NCBI GenBank assembly: GCA_947259485.1
Contig: CAMYLU010000005.1
Location: 72,714-136,713, forward strand
Reading direction: 5' to 3'
Source of the DNA: an uncultured Gammaproteobacteria bacterium
GTDB taxonomy: Bacteria; Pseudomonadota; Gammaproteobacteria; GCA-001735895
DNA length: 64,000 bases
Part shown: positions 17,702 to 27,994 of the stretch, piece after piece
How positions within the stretch are numbered: position 1 is the stretch's first letter
Layout: every line of letters starts with the position of its first letter
Program-made: the position numbers and the translations under genes
The notes under the pieces: generated by a model
Told to the model about the DNA's origin: nothing
What the model saw: only the letters and a program-made list of their open reading frames with translations
The model's database searches: none

Positions 17702-20077
17702 CTATCCTGTCAGTGCTGAAAAAACGCGTGGCAGGCGTTCCGGCAGGCGCTCGATGTTATCGACGATCGAGTAGTTGTTGGCGCCGAAAATACGCGCTAC
17801 GTAACTATCGGCATTCGGATCCAGCGTCAGGCAGTAGCTATGGATGCCCCTGGCGGCGAGTTCCTCTACCGCATGACGAGTATCCTGGCGCAGGTATTGC
17901 GGGTCGCGCTCGTCGATGTCGGCGGGTTCGCCGTCGGTAAGCAGCAGAATCAGGCGCTTGCGGCTGCTTTGCTGATCGAGATGATGACCTGCATGACGCA
18001 GGGCGGCACCCATGCGCGTCGACAGACCGCCCGTCATCCCGGCAAGCCTGGCCTTGCTGTCGTCGTGATAGGATTCATCGAAATCCTTGAAACGATAATA
18101 CTGCACGTCGTGACGTCCATCCGAGGCAAAACCGTGGACCGCGTAATTGTCGCCAATCGCATCCACCGCCCAGGACAGCAACCCGGTCGCCTCGCGCGTC
18201 AGGTCTAGAATTCTGGGTTGCTCCTCATAGCCTTCGTCGCCTTCATTCAGTACGCCGATGCGATCGTTGGTCGAAGCGGACAGGTCCATCAGCAGCACCA
18301 TCGATAAATCGCGCAGGTGCCGCGTAATACGAATGTTGACCCTGGGATCGGGCATGATGCCGCGACGAATATCGATCATCGCGCGCACCGCGGCATCGAT
18401 GTCGAGCTCGTCGCCATCCTCGTAACCGCGTTTGCGCACGATTCCCTGCGGCTGCAGCGCATCGATCAAATGCTTGATGCGACTCGCGATCGGCTTGTGT
18501 TTTTCGAGAATTTTGTCCATAACTTCAGGATCGTCGCGACGCTGGCGGCGTTCGATGACGGTAGTCCACTCGGGGCGCGCGAGTTGCACCTGGTAGTCCC
18601 ACTCGTCGTAGTGGTAGGGCTCGGACATTGGCTCCACGCCTTCCGACTGGTTATAACTGACGCCGTTATCCTCGTAGGGAAACAGTTCGGTCGGCAATAC
18701 CCAGACTTCCTGCGGACTACCATCCTCCAGCTCGGAATCGATCTCGTTGACCATTTCCATGACGTTTACGTACTTGCGACGGGTAGGTTGGCGCCACGGT
18801 AAGGTCTCGTAATCGCCGGCGCCGGGACTGTTTTCATCAAACTCCCACAGGTAACGGTTATCGTCACGATAGGGTACTGGCGAATCCTGCAGCAACCGCA
18901 GCGCCGGCATTCTTTCGCACCTGCCGAGAATTGAGTAAAACTCGAGGCCGAATTCGCGTACCAGCGATGGATCGACAGCCTCCGCCTCGAGCAGCTTGCG
19001 ATAACGGCTGGCGATATCGACAATCCAGTCATCATCGTCGCGGTAATCCGCATCCAGCAGTGCACGATTCAGGCGTAACATCCAATCGGCAACCGGGTGG
19101 CGATCGGGCGCCTCGATTTCGAGCGCATGTTCGAAAAACCTGAGCCACAGACGCCGTAATCCGGGGAACCGACTGTAAGCGAGGAATTCTACCCTGGCAT
19201 CCTCGAAGATTTCGATCATGCAGCGTTGCGCCGGGCTCAGGTCGTCAGCGTTAATCGAGTCTGTCGTATGAACGAGATGTGCTGCCGCATGCGCGGCGGC
19301 CGCGCGATAGACATCGATGCCGTCGATGCCATCGAAACGATCGAATGCGTCGGGCAGATGCACCAGGTAGTTTTCGATATAGGGCCTGCTGCCCTGGCGG
19401 TTTTCGAAATCGTCCGCGGTCGGGCGCATGAAGAATGTACGCGCCCACAGCGCGCGCAGGTAAAAATTGAGTTTGCGATGGTTATCGACAAACAGCGTGC
19501 CACGCCGCTCCCGCTGCAGTACTGATTTCGAGGTCTCGGTTAGCAGGCCAAAATAGGCGTGCTGCCCATCGAAGTCTCGCTGATATGCCTGCGCGCCCCA
19601 CATCGCCCAGCGTCTTAAGCCGCCCAGCGTCAATTTCAACAGCAGCTCACCTAAAGATTCCATCATCGGTCGTAACCCGCGCGGAGCCTTGCCGGCAAGC
19701 TGGTGTAATAGCTTGAAGTAACCGCGCAATAGCTCGGCATCACCGAGGCGGGTTGCCGCCATCGGCAGGTTGGCGAGAACCAGCGTAATTACAGCACCCG
19801 AGGTCAGCGATGACAGTTTCATGATCGACTCGATCGTGTCAGGCACGATATCCTCGCCGACTTCCTTCGCCACCACCGGCATTTCCTGCACGTAAGTCAG
19901 CACGAGGTCCTGGCCCTTGCCCAGCGTGCACATGGCCTTGATGCCGACCAGGTAATTTTCGAGACCCTGCGGCGACATGATGCGTTGTGCCTCGAGCCAG
20001 GAGGCCTCGACCGCCTCCAGGTTTCCGAGATCATCGGGATCGATGCATTGCAGGTATTCGGCAAGCTCGGGATGCAT
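17702..20077 (-). CDS. cbbO: CbbO, RuBisCO activase adaptor (VWA domain)
   Basis: 791 aa with a C-terminal von Willebrand A domain carrying a MIDAS motif (LLMDLSASTND). It directly follows cbbQ, as in form IAq clusters. Confidence 0.8.
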   Translation of the reverse strand: MHPELAEYLQCIDPDDLGNLEAVEASWLEAQRIMSPQGLENYLVGIKAMCTLGKGQDLVLTYVQEMPVVAKEVGEDIVPDTIESIMKLSSLTSGAVITLVLANLPMAATRLGDAELLRGYFKLLHQLAGKAPRGLRPMMESLGELLLKLTLGGLRRWAMWGAQAYQRDFDGQHAYFGLLTETSKSVLQRERRGTLFVDNHRKLNFYLRALWARTFFMRPTADDFENRQGSRPYIENYLVHLPDAFDRFDGIDGIDVYRAAAAHAAAHLVHTTDSINADDLSPAQRCMIEIFEDARVEFLAYSRFPGLRRLWLRFFEHALEIEAPDRHPVADWMLRLNRALLDADYRDDDDWIVDIASRYRKLLEAEAVDPSLVREFGLEFYSILGRCERMPALRLLQDSPVPYRDDNRYLWEFDENSPGAGDYETLPWRQPTRRKYVNVMEMVNEIDSELEDGSPQEVWVLPTELFPYEDNGVSYNQSEGVEPMSEPYHYDEWDYQVQLARPEWTTVIERRQRRDDPEVMDKILEKHKPIASRIKHLIDALQPQGIVRKRGYEDGDELDIDAAVRAMIDIRRGIMPDPRVNIRITRHLRDLSMVLLMDLSASTNDRIGVLNEGDEGYEEQPRILDLTREATGLLSWAVDAIGDNYAVHGFASDGRHDVQYYRFKDFDESYHDDSKARLAGMTGGLSTRMGAALRHAGHHLDQQSSRKRLILLLTDGEPADIDERDPQYLRQDTRHAVEELAARGIHSYCLTLDPNADSYVARIFGANNYSIVDNIERLPERLPRVFSALTG

Positions 20078-20093
20078 TTTAGTTTATCGGTTG

Positions 20094-20179
20094 CTGTCAT
20101 CCCGCGGCTTGACCGCGGGAACCAGCGCGAAGGTAAACTGCCAGCACTTCTGGATACCGCGGTCGAGCCGCGGTATGAC
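20094..20179. other. Compound palindrome (two GC-rich hairpins nested in an outer TGTCAT/ATGACA inverted repeat) in the cbbQ-cbbO spacer
   Basis: tgtcat-CCCGCGGcttgaCCGCGGG-...-TACCGCGGtcgagCCGCGGTA-tgaca is read directly. Confidence 0.6.
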
Positions 20180-20208
20180 AGTGGGTGAGCGTCCCCGCAG
20201 CATAAGGC

Positions 20209-21042
20209 TTAGAAGTAGGTATCGACAGCGGCGTAGAGCGTATCGCGCATATCGGGATCGTCGGTGAGCGGGGTAACCAGCGCCATACGGCAAGCGGCGG
20301 CGGGCGCGACTCCCTCGGCCATCAGTTGCGCCGCGTAGATCAGCAACCGCGTCGACATGCCCTCGTCGAGACCATGTCCTTTCAAATTTCGCGAGCTGGT
20401 ACCAACCTGCACCAGCTTGCCGGCGATTTCGGCATCGACACCGGCTTCGTGGGCAACGATTTCAGCCTCGATATCGGCCTCAGGATAGTCGAAATCGAGT
20501 CCGCCAAATCGCTGCTTGGTAGATTGTTTGAGATCTTTCATCAACGACTGGTAGCCCGGGTTATAGGAAATGACGATCTGAAAATCCTCGTGTGCTCTGA
20601 CCAGCTCGCCTTTCTTTTCCAGCGGCAACTCGCGCCGATGATCGGTCAGCGGGTGAATAACCACCGTCGTATCCTGGCGCGCCTCGACAATTTCATCGAG
20701 GTAGCAAATGGCACCGATACGCGCAGCCACCGTCAGCGGACCATCCTGCCAGCGGGTCCCGTTGATATCGAGCAAGTAACGTCCGACCAGGTCCGAGGCA
20801 GTCATATCCTCGGTACAGGCGACGCTGATCAACGGTTTCTGCAGTTTCCAGGCCATGTATTCGACGAAGCGCGACTTGCCACAACCTGTCGGCCCCTTGA
20901 GCATAACCGGCATGCGTACCTGGTAGGCCGCCTGGTAGTTTTCGACCTCGTCAACCACCGGCCGGTAATAAGGCTCCTGCTGCACCAGGTATTGCTCCCG
21001 ATCCGAGCCTGACACAGCTAACTGTTCCGCCGCATCCGACAT
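20209..21042 (-). CDS. cbbQ: CbbQ, MoxR-type AAA+ RuBisCO activase
   Basis: Walker A is GPTGCGKS. The size fits the MoxR/CbbQ family and it lies immediately downstream of cbbS. Confidence 0.85.
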   Translation of the reverse strand: MSDAAEQLAVSGSDREQYLVQQEPYYRPVVDEVENYQAAYQVRMPVMLKGPTGCGKSRFVEYMAWKLQKPLISVACTEDMTASDLVGRYLLDINGTRWQDGPLTVAARIGAICYLDEIVEARQDTTVVIHPLTDHRRELPLEKKGELVRAHEDFQIVISYNPGYQSLMKDLKQSTKQRFGGLDFDYPEADIEAEIVAHEAGVDAEIAGKLVQVGTSSRNLKGHGLDEGMSTRLLIYAAQLMAEGVAPAAACRMALVTPLTDDPDMRDTLYAAVDTYF

Positions 21043-21044
21043 GA

Positions 21045-21401
21045 TTAAGCACTATTGGCCCGGTAAATAACCATCGAGGTGCCCTGCGACTGCGCGTAAT
21101 TGTCGTACCCGACCAGGCGAACGTGATTGCCGGGATGGGCCACGTGACAAGCATCTACTTCGCCCAGAATAGTATCCACTTCGGTTTCACCAAACATGGG
21201 CAATTTCCACATGTACCAGTAGTGCGCGAAGGCATTTTCGGGCTCGGTGTGCTCAACCGCCGGATTCCAGCCCTTGCTGACGATATACTCGACCTGCTTG
21301 ACCAGTCCCTCGCGGCTCATTTCGGGCAGGTAAGAAAAGGTTTCGAACTTGCGGCTGGCTTCGTCCGTCAGGCTCGATTGATAGTCTTGCATTTCACTCA
21401 T
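21045..21401 (-). CDS. cbbS: RuBisCO small subunit (form I)
   Basis: 118 aa with a typical RbcS motif (the [11 protein letters not shown] region). It is 24 nt downstream of cbbL. Confidence 0.9.
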   Translation of the reverse strand: MSEMQDYQSSLTDEASRKFETFSYLPEMSREGLVKQVEYIVSKGWNPAVEHTEPENAFAHYWYMWKLPMFGETEVDTILGEVDACHVAHPGNHVRLVGYDNYAQSQGTSMVIYRANSA

Positions 21402-21425
21402 GATTAATTCCTCTCAAATTTCGTA

Positions 21426-22850
21426 TCAACGGTGGGCAACGTCAAGTTTGTCGACCGTGTCGAATTCAAACTTGATTTCCTTCCAGGTTTCCATCGCGGC
21501 CCTCAGTTCCGGGCTGTGCTCGGCGGCGCCGGTGAGAATATCCTTGCCTTCTTTTTCCAGCTCGCGGCCCTGGTTGCGTGCTTCGACGCAGGCTTCGACC
21601 GCAACCCGGTTAGCGGCCGCGCCCGCCGCATTACCCCAGGGGTGACCCAGGGTGCCGCCGCCGAACTGCAGTACCGAATCGTCGCCGAAAATGTTCACCA
21701 GTGCCGGCATATGCCAAACGTGGATTCCGCCCGACGCTACCGGGAATATACCCGGCATCGAGCCCCAGTCCTGATCGAAAAAGATACCGCGACTGCGATC
21801 TTCCTTGATAAAGGAATCGCGCATGATGTCGATCCAGCCCAGGGTGGCATCACGGTCGCCTTCAAGCTTGCCCACCACGGTTCCGGAATGGAGATGGTCT
21901 CCGCCGGACAGCCGTAAAGCCTTGGCCAGCACCCGGAAATGAATGCCGTGATGCGGATCGCGGTCGATAACCGCGTGCATCGCCCGGTGGATATGCAGCA
22001 ACATGCCGTTGTCACGGCACCATTGCGCCAGCCCGGTGTTGGCACAGAAACCACCGGTAATGTAATCATGCATGATGATCGGTGCGCCCAGTTCCTTGGC
22101 ATATTCGGCGCGCTTGTACATTTCTTCCGGGGTGGGCGCGGTAACGTTCAGATAGTGACCCTTGCGCTCGCCAGTTTCCGCCTCGGCCTTGTGGATCGCT
22201 TCCATAACGAAGTCGAAACGCCGATTCCAGCGCATGAACGGCTGGCTGTTGACATTTTCGTCGTCCTTGGTGAAGTCGAGTCCACCACGCAGGCCTTCGT
22301 AACAGGCACGGCCGTAGTTTTTCGCCGACAGGCCGAGTTTTGGCTTGATTGTGCAACCCAGCAGGGGTCGGCCATATTTATTCATGACGTCGCGTTCTAC
22401 CTGGATGCCGTTGGGCGGTCCATTACAGGTGAGCACATAGGCGATTGGGAAACGTACATCCTCCAGACGCAGCGCACGCAGGGCTTTAAAGCCGAAAACG
22501 TTACCAACCAGCGAGGTAAAAACGTTGACCACCGAACCTTCTTCGAACAAATCGATCGGGTAAGCGACAAAGGCGTAAAAACAGCTGTCGTCACCGGGAA
22601 CGTCTTCGATGCGGTAAGCCCGGCCCTTGTAGTGGTCGAGGTCGGTCAACAGGTCGGTCCAGACCGTGGTCCAGGTCCCGGTCGAGGATTCGGCCGCGAC
22701 CGCGGCGGCCACTTCTTCGCGCGGTACCCCGGGCTGCGGGGTTATCTTGAAACAAGCCAGGATATCGGTGGCGGCAGGCTCGTATTCGGGCATCCAGTAA
22801 GTCTCCCGATACTCTTTGACCCCGGCGTCGTATGTTCTGTTGGTAGTCAT
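21426..22850 (-). CDS. cbbL: RuBisCO large subunit, form IA
   Basis: 474 aa with [11 protein letters not shown], the active-site region [20 protein letters not shown], and a catalytic Lys context. Paired with cbbS, cbbQ and cbbO, this indicates form IAq. RBS TGGAGA precedes the ATG. Confidence 0.95.
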   Translation of the reverse strand: MTTNRTYDAGVKEYRETYWMPEYEPAATDILACFKITPQPGVPREEVAAAVAAESSTGTWTTVWTDLLTDLDHYKGRAYRIEDVPGDDSCFYAFVAYPIDLFEEGSVVNVFTSLVGNVFGFKALRALRLEDVRFPIAYVLTCNGPPNGIQVERDVMNKYGRPLLGCTIKPKLGLSAKNYGRACYEGLRGGLDFTKDDENVNSQPFMRWNRRFDFVMEAIHKAEAETGERKGHYLNVTAPTPEEMYKRAEYAKELGAPIIMHDYITGGFCANTGLAQWCRDNGMLLHIHRAMHAVIDRDPHHGIHFRVLAKALRLSGGDHLHSGTVVGKLEGDRDATLGWIDIMRDSFIKEDRSRGIFFDQDWGSMPGIFPVASGGIHVWHMPALVNIFGDDSVLQFGGGTLGHPWGNAAGAAANRVAVEACVEARNQGRELEKEGKDILTGAAEHSPELRAAMETWKEIKFEFDTVDKLDVAHR

Positions 22851-22871
22851 GAAAAAATCTCCAATTTAAAA

Positions 22872-23954
22872 TTAGGCAGCCGTCTTGCTGCTGGCAACTT
22901 TAGGATCGAGCATGCCGCTGGCGTAAGACTTCGCCATGTCGGCGACGCTGATCGGCTTGATCTTCGAGGCATTGCCGGCGGTTTCGAACTGTTCGAAACG
23001 ATCGCGGCACAGGTTTTCCATCGCCTTCAACGCCGGCGTCAGGAACTTGCGCGGGTCGAACTGGCTCTTGTCCTGCTCGGCGATGCGGCGGAACTCGCCG
23101 GTCATCGCCAGGCGGCAATCGGTGTCGATATTGACCTTGCGCACACCATGCTTGATACCACGCACGATTTCCTCGACCGGAACACCGTAAGTTTGTGGCA
23201 TTTCACCACCAAACTGGTTGAAGATGTCCTGCAATTCCTGCGGCACCGATGACGAGCCGTGCATGACGAGGTGCACCTCGGGCAACTTCTCGTTAATCTC
23301 TTTAACCACGTTCATCGCCAGGATTTCGCCATCAGGTTTGCGGCTGAACTTGTAGGCGCCGTGCGAGGTACCCATCGCGATGGCGAGTGCATCGACCTTG
23401 GTGTGCGTCACGAAATCGACCGCCTGCTCGGGATCGGTCAGCAATTGATCCATACTCAGGCTACCCTCGAAACCGTGACCGTCCTCCTTTTCACCCTCGC
23501 CGGTTTCGAGTGAACCCAGGCAACCGAGCTCTCCTTCAACCGAAACGCCGATGTCGTGCGCGATACGGGTAACCTCGGCGGTAATATCGAGGTTATATTC
23601 GTAGCTTGCCGGGGTGCTGGCATCGGCTTCGAGTGATCCGTCCATCATCACCGAGGTGAAACTGGCCTGCATCGCCGACACACAGGTAGCGCGGTCGTTA
23701 CCGTGATCCTGGTGCAGGCAGATTGGAATCTGCGGGTACATTTCCTCGGCGGCCTCGACCATCTTGCGAATCATGATATCGCCGGCATAACCGCGCGCAC
23801 CGCGGCTGGCCTGCAAAATCACCGGTGCGTCGACCGCTTTGGCTGCATTCATGATGGCGAGCACCTGTTCCATGTTATTGATATTGAACGCGGGCACGCC
23901 GTAACCCTTTTCGGCTGCGTGATCGAGTAACTGTCTGAGCGTGATTCGTGCCAT
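22872..23954 (-). CDS. cbbA: Fructose-bisphosphate aldolase, class II (Calvin-cycle CbbA type)
   Basis: N-terminus is [30 protein letters not shown], followed by Zn-binding His motifs. Size is 360 aa. Confidence 0.9.
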   Translation of the reverse strand: MARITLRQLLDHAAEKGYGVPAFNINNMEQVLAIMNAAKAVDAPVILQASRGARGYAGDIMIRKMVEAAEEMYPQIPICLHQDHGNDRATCVSAMQASFTSVMMDGSLEADASTPASYEYNLDITAEVTRIAHDIGVSVEGELGCLGSLETGEGEKEDGHGFEGSLSMDQLLTDPEQAVDFVTHTKVDALAIAMGTSHGAYKFSRKPDGEILAMNVVKEINEKLPEVHLVMHGSSSVPQELQDIFNQFGGEMPQTYGVPVEEIVRGIKHGVRKVNIDTDCRLAMTGEFRRIAEQDKSQFDPRKFLTPALKAMENLCRDRFEQFETAGNASKIKPISVADMAKSYASGMLDPKVASSKTAA

Positions 23955-23969
23955 GTCAAAACCTCTCCA

Positions 23970-25979
23970 CTAAATCTGTAATAAACGACGCACTTCGTCA
24001 TGTACCGCCTGCGCGGTAATGCCGAAATGCTGGTATAAATCTTGCGCGGGTGCCGAGGCGCCAAACCCGGTCATACCGATGATCGAGCTGCGCCTGCCGA
24101 GCCAGCGATCCCAGCCCATGGGTGATGCGGCCTCGATCGCGACGCGACATTCTCCACCGAGCACGATTTGCTGGTACTCGGGTGATTGCTGTTCGAACAA
24201 TTCCCAGCAAGGCATGGACGCGACCGCGACCTCGACGCCGAAGCGCGCCAGCATGTCCGCGGCCTCGAGCGCGATCTGAACCTCGGAACCGGTTGCCAGC
24301 AAAGTAGCCTTGCGTTTGCCCTGCGGTTCGCGCAGCAGGTAAGCGCCGCGCGCGCAAAGGTTTTCGTGACGGTGTTTGCCACGTAAGGTTGGTACGCCCT
24401 GGCGAGTCAGACACAGCACCGAAGGACTATTGGTCGCCGCCAACGCACAGGCCCAGGATTCCGCGACCTCGACCGCATCGGCCGGACGAAATACCATCAA
24501 GTTCGGCATAGCGCGCAGCGAGGCTATCTGCTCTACCGGTTGATGCGTGGGACCATCCTCACCGAGTCCAATGGAGTCGTGGGTCATGACGTGAACCACG
24601 CGCTGTTTCATCAACGCACCGAGGCGAATCGCCGGGCGACTGTAATCTGCAAAGGCGAGGAAGGTACCGGATAAAGGGATGTAACCGCCATGCAGTGCGA
24701 TACCGTTCATGGCCGCTGCCATGCCGTGCTCGCGCACGCCGTAATGGACATAGTTACCGCCGAAATCGTCGCGCGTCAGTGACACCGCATTGCCCGGCCT
24801 GGTGCCGTTAGAACCGCTTAAATCGGCCGAGCCGGAAAGCAACCAGGGTACCGTATCCATCAGTGACTCAAGCACCTGTTGCGACGACTGGCGCGTGGCC
24901 AGTTTCGGTTGTTCTTTACTGAAACGCCGTTTCAGCGCTTCGATACAGCTTTGAAATTCCTGCCCCAGCGAGCCGCTGTGCATGGCCTCGAAACGTGTAC
25001 GTTTATCCGCCGGCATGACATCTATGCGCGCCTGCCATCGCTGCCGCGCATCAAATCCACGTTGGCCGCAGGCGCGCCAGCTCGACAACAGCTCCTCGGG
25101 CACTTCAAACGGCGCGCTGCTCCAATCCAGGGCTGCCCGGGTCAGTGCAATTTCTTCTTCGCCCAACGGTGCGCCATGGGTTGCCGCACTACCCTGCTTG
25201 TTCGGCGCGCCGAAACCAATCACGGTTTTGCAGGCAATCAGCGAAGGTTTATCCGACTGCCTAGCCTTTGTTATGGCATCAGCGATCGCGACCGGATCGT
25301 GGCCATCGACGTAGCTGACATCCCAATCCGCGGCCTCGAACCTGGCCAGTTGATTGGTCGACGTGGTCAGGCTGGTGGCACCATCGATGGAAATACCATT
25401 ATCGTCAAACAGCACAATGAGTTTCGACAGTTGCAGGTGCCCGGCAAAATCGATCGCTTCATGGCTGATACCTTCCATCAGGCAACCGTCACCGGCGAGC
25501 ACGTAGGTATAGTGATCGACAGTATCGTCACCAAATTCGGCGGCAAGTTTCTTCTCGGCCAGCGCCATGCCGACCGCGGTGGCGATTCCCTGCCCCAGCG
25601 GCCCGGTGGTCATTTCGATACCCTGGGCATAACCATACTCGGGATGACCCGCGGTCCTGGCGCCAAGCTGGCGAAAATTCCTGATCTGCTCGATGGTCAT
25701 ATCCTCGTACCCGCACAGGTACAGCAGGCTGTAGAGCAGCATCGAACCGTGCCCGGCGGAGAGAATGAAACGATCACGATCGGGCCAGTCCGGATCTGCG
25801 CTATCGAATTTCAGGAAATCGGCAAACAGCACGCTGGCAACATCGGCCATACCCATGGGTAAGCCCGGATGCCCGGAGTTGGCCTTTTGCACCGCATCCA
25901 TCGATAGCGCGCGAATCGCGTTAGCCATTTCGCGGCGGGTTTTGCTTTTGGCCTGCTCTTGTTGAACCTTGGTATCCAT
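23970..25979 (-). CDS. cbbT: Transketolase
   Basis: TPP-binding motifs are present (GHPG, GDGCLMEGIS). The start is set at the internal ATG (MDTKVQQ...), which has a GGAGAAG RBS. The longer track ORF would overlap the prk 3' end. Confidence 0.9.
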   Translation of the reverse strand: MDTKVQQEQAKSKTRREMANAIRALSMDAVQKANSGHPGLPMGMADVASVLFADFLKFDSADPDWPDRDRFILSAGHGSMLLYSLLYLCGYEDMTIEQIRNFRQLGARTAGHPEYGYAQGIEMTTGPLGQGIATAVGMALAEKKLAAEFGDDTVDHYTYVLAGDGCLMEGISHEAIDFAGHLQLSKLIVLFDDNGISIDGATSLTTSTNQLARFEAADWDVSYVDGHDPVAIADAITKARQSDKPSLIACKTVIGFGAPNKQGSAATHGAPLGEEEIALTRAALDWSSAPFEVPEELLSSWRACGQRGFDARQRWQARIDVMPADKRTRFEAMHSGSLGQEFQSCIEALKRRFSKEQPKLATRQSSQQVLESLMDTVPWLLSGSADLSGSNGTRPGNAVSLTRDDFGGNYVHYGVREHGMAAAMNGIALHGGYIPLSGTFLAFADYSRPAIRLGALMKQRVVHVMTHDSIGLGEDGPTHQPVEQIASLRAMPNLMVFRPADAVEVAESWACALAATNSPSVLCLTRQGVPTLRGKHRHENLCARGAYLLREPQGKRKATLLATGSEVQIALEAADMLARFGVEVAVASMPCWELFEQQSPEYQQIVLGGECRVAIEAASPMGWDRWLGRRSSIIGMTGFGASAPAQDLYQHFGITAQAVHDEVRRLLQI

Positions 25980-25992
25980 AATTTCTTCTCCG

Positions 25993-26868
25993 TTAGGCCG
26001 CGCGGCGCTTGCGTTCAACCATTTGCAAAACCAGCGGTGTAAAAATGAGCTGCATCGCCAGGTCGATCTTGCCACCCGGGATTACGATGACATTCGGGCG
26101 TGACATGAAACTGTTGTGAATCATCGTCAACAGGTACTGAAAATCGATACCACGCGGGTTGGCGAAACGAATTACGACCATCGACTCGTCCGCGGTTGGA
26201 ATCCAGCGTGCGATAAACGGGTTCGAGGTATCGACGATGGGCACGCGCTGGAAGTTGATATCGGTGTTAGTGAACTGCGGGCAGATATACTCGATGTAAT
26301 CCGGCATGCGGCGCAGGATGGTGTCGGCAATCGCCTCGGCCGAGTAACCGCGCGCGGCCTTGTCGCGGTGAATTTTCTGAATCCACTCGAGGTTGGTAAC
26401 CGGCACCACGCCGACTTTCAGATCAGCGTACTGGGCGACATCGGCCTGGTCGGTTTTAACCGCCCCATGCAGGCCCTCGTAAAACAGCAGATCGGTATCT
26501 TCGGCGAAAGATTCCCACTCGGTAAACTCTCCCGGCGACACACCGTAGAGTTCGCTCTCTTCGTCATCATGCACGTAGTGGCGGGTTTTTCCGCTGCCGG
26601 TTTCGCTGTATTGACGAAACACGTCTTCGAGCTCCGATAACAGGTTTGCATCCGGGCCGAAGTGGCTGAAGTTCTTGTTACCCGCCTCCTCGGCATGCGC
26701 CATGGCGGCTTTCATTTCCTGGCGATTGTAGCGATGAAAAGCATCACCCTCGATAAAACAGGCGCTGATATTTTCACGAAAGAAAATATGCTCGAAGGTT
26801 TCCTTGACAGTCGAGGTGCCGGCCCCTGAAGAACCGGTGATCGAAAGAATGGGATGTTTTCTGGACAT
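25993..26868 (-). CDS. cbbP: Phosphoribulokinase
   Basis: N-terminal P-loop SITGSSGAGTST. The 291 aa length fits the bacterial PRK family. Confidence 0.9.
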   Translation of the reverse strand: MSRKHPILSITGSSGAGTSTVKETFEHIFFRENISACFIEGDAFHRYNRQEMKAAMAHAEEAGNKNFSHFGPDANLLSELEDVFRQYSETGSGKTRHYVHDDEESELYGVSPGEFTEWESFAEDTDLLFYEGLHGAVKTDQADVAQYADLKVGVVPVTNLEWIQKIHRDKAARGYSAEAIADTILRRMPDYIEYICPQFTNTDINFQRVPIVDTSNPFIARWIPTADESMVVIRFANPRGIDFQYLLTMIHNSFMSRPNVIVIPGGKIDLAMQLIFTPLVLQMVERKRRAA

Positions 26869-26877
26869 GGGCAGAGC

Positions 26878-27909
26878 CTAGTTTCTGAATAAACTACGAT
26901 TTTCGAACAGTGGGAAACGCGTGTTCTCGACCGCATCCCCGGTGATGTAGTCGATCACTTCCTGGACCCGATCACTGGACCCAAAGATAAGCGGCACGCG
27001 TTTGTGCAACGAAACCAGTTTCATGTCCAGGATCCGCTCTATACCATCACTGGCCAGGCCACCGGATTGTTCGATGATAAATGCGAATGGCAAGGCTTCG
27101 TATAGCAGGCGCAAGCGACCGCTCTCGTAACCGGGACGCGAATCCCCGGGATACAGGAAAACGCCGCCACGAACCAGGATGCGGTAGGCCTCCGCGACCA
27201 GTGAAGCGTTCCAGCGCATGTTGAAATCCTCGCCCAGGGGGCCACTCTCGCCGGCAATACAGTCGTCGATGAAATAGCGCACGTTGTCGTCCCAAAAACG
27301 ATAGTTCGACGTATTGATGGCAAATTCGTGCTGCCCCGCTGGAATCCTCAGGGCATCGCTAACCTGGTAAAACTTGTCGTCTTCGGGATCGAGCACGAAG
27401 CTATGAGTGCCGTCACCGCAGGTCAGGATCAACCGGGTCTGGGGGCCATAGAACAGAAAGCCCGCCGCTTCCTGAATAGCGCCGAGATTCCTGTCGAAGA
27501 TACTCCCGGTATCGGCTGATAATGCTGAAAACACGGTACCGATCGAGGTATTGGTCTCGATATTCGAGGAACCGTCGAGCGGGTCGATTGCCACTGCCAG
27601 GGTGGCATCGGCATCAATTTCAATTAATTCGTCGCATTCTTCAGATGCGATAAAGGTAATTGGTAATTTACCTAGCGCCTCGACAAACAGGTTGTGAGAG
27701 AGGATATCGAGGGGCTTTTGAATATCGCCGTCCGCGTTGGTGCTATTGCTATCCAACGATTGTGCAGACAGGCCAAGCCGGGAAACTACTTTCGCGAGTT
27801 TTGCACCTGTGCTAGCGATCACCTGCAGTATCGAGGCAAGGTCCTCGTGCATAGCGGATCGTTTCGCCGTTGACGCCAGGTACTGTTCCAGACTGATTTC
27901 GGATGTCAT
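26878..27909 (-). CDS. cbbF: Fructose-1,6-/sedoheptulose-1,7-bisphosphatase, class I
   Basis: FBPase metal-binding motifs are present (the DPLDGSSN region). It is the first gene of the cbb operon, divergent from cbbR. Confidence 0.85.
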   Translation of the reverse strand: MTSEISLEQYLASTAKRSAMHEDLASILQVIASTGAKLAKVVSRLGLSAQSLDSNSTNADGDIQKPLDILSHNLFVEALGKLPITFIASEECDELIEIDADATLAVAIDPLDGSSNIETNTSIGTVFSALSADTGSIFDRNLGAIQEAAGFLFYGPQTRLILTCGDGTHSFVLDPEDDKFYQVSDALRIPAGQHEFAINTSNYRFWDDNVRYFIDDCIAGESGPLGEDFNMRWNASLVAEAYRILVRGGVFLYPGDSRPGYESGRLRLLYEALPFAFIIEQSGGLASDGIERILDMKLVSLHKRVPLIFGSSDRVQEVIDYITGDAVENTRFPLFENRSLFRN

Positions 27910-27972
27910 ATTTTACCGTTTCACATCTTATCTGTATGTGCCGGGATTCTGGAGAGACTTGATTATTTAGTA

Positions 27973-27989
27973 AAGTTTAATAAACTTTC
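27973..27989. promoter_or_regulatory. Perfect 17-bp palindrome AAAGTTTA-a-TAAACTTT in the cbbR-cbbF divergent intergenic region; putative CbbR (LysR T-N11-A type) operator
   Basis: The half-sites are exact reverse complements. It lies 6 nt upstream of the cbbR ATG, inside the 85-nt divergent spacer. Confidence 0.5.
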
Positions 27990-27994
27990 AATTT

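Noticed and set aside
24879-25862. 327-aa ORF on the plus strand, and several other 60-140-aa ORFs between 24 and 26 kb
   Set aside because: It lies entirely antisense to the transketolase gene, whose identity is unambiguous. It has an Arg/Ala/Gly-rich composition typical of GC-rich antisense frames.
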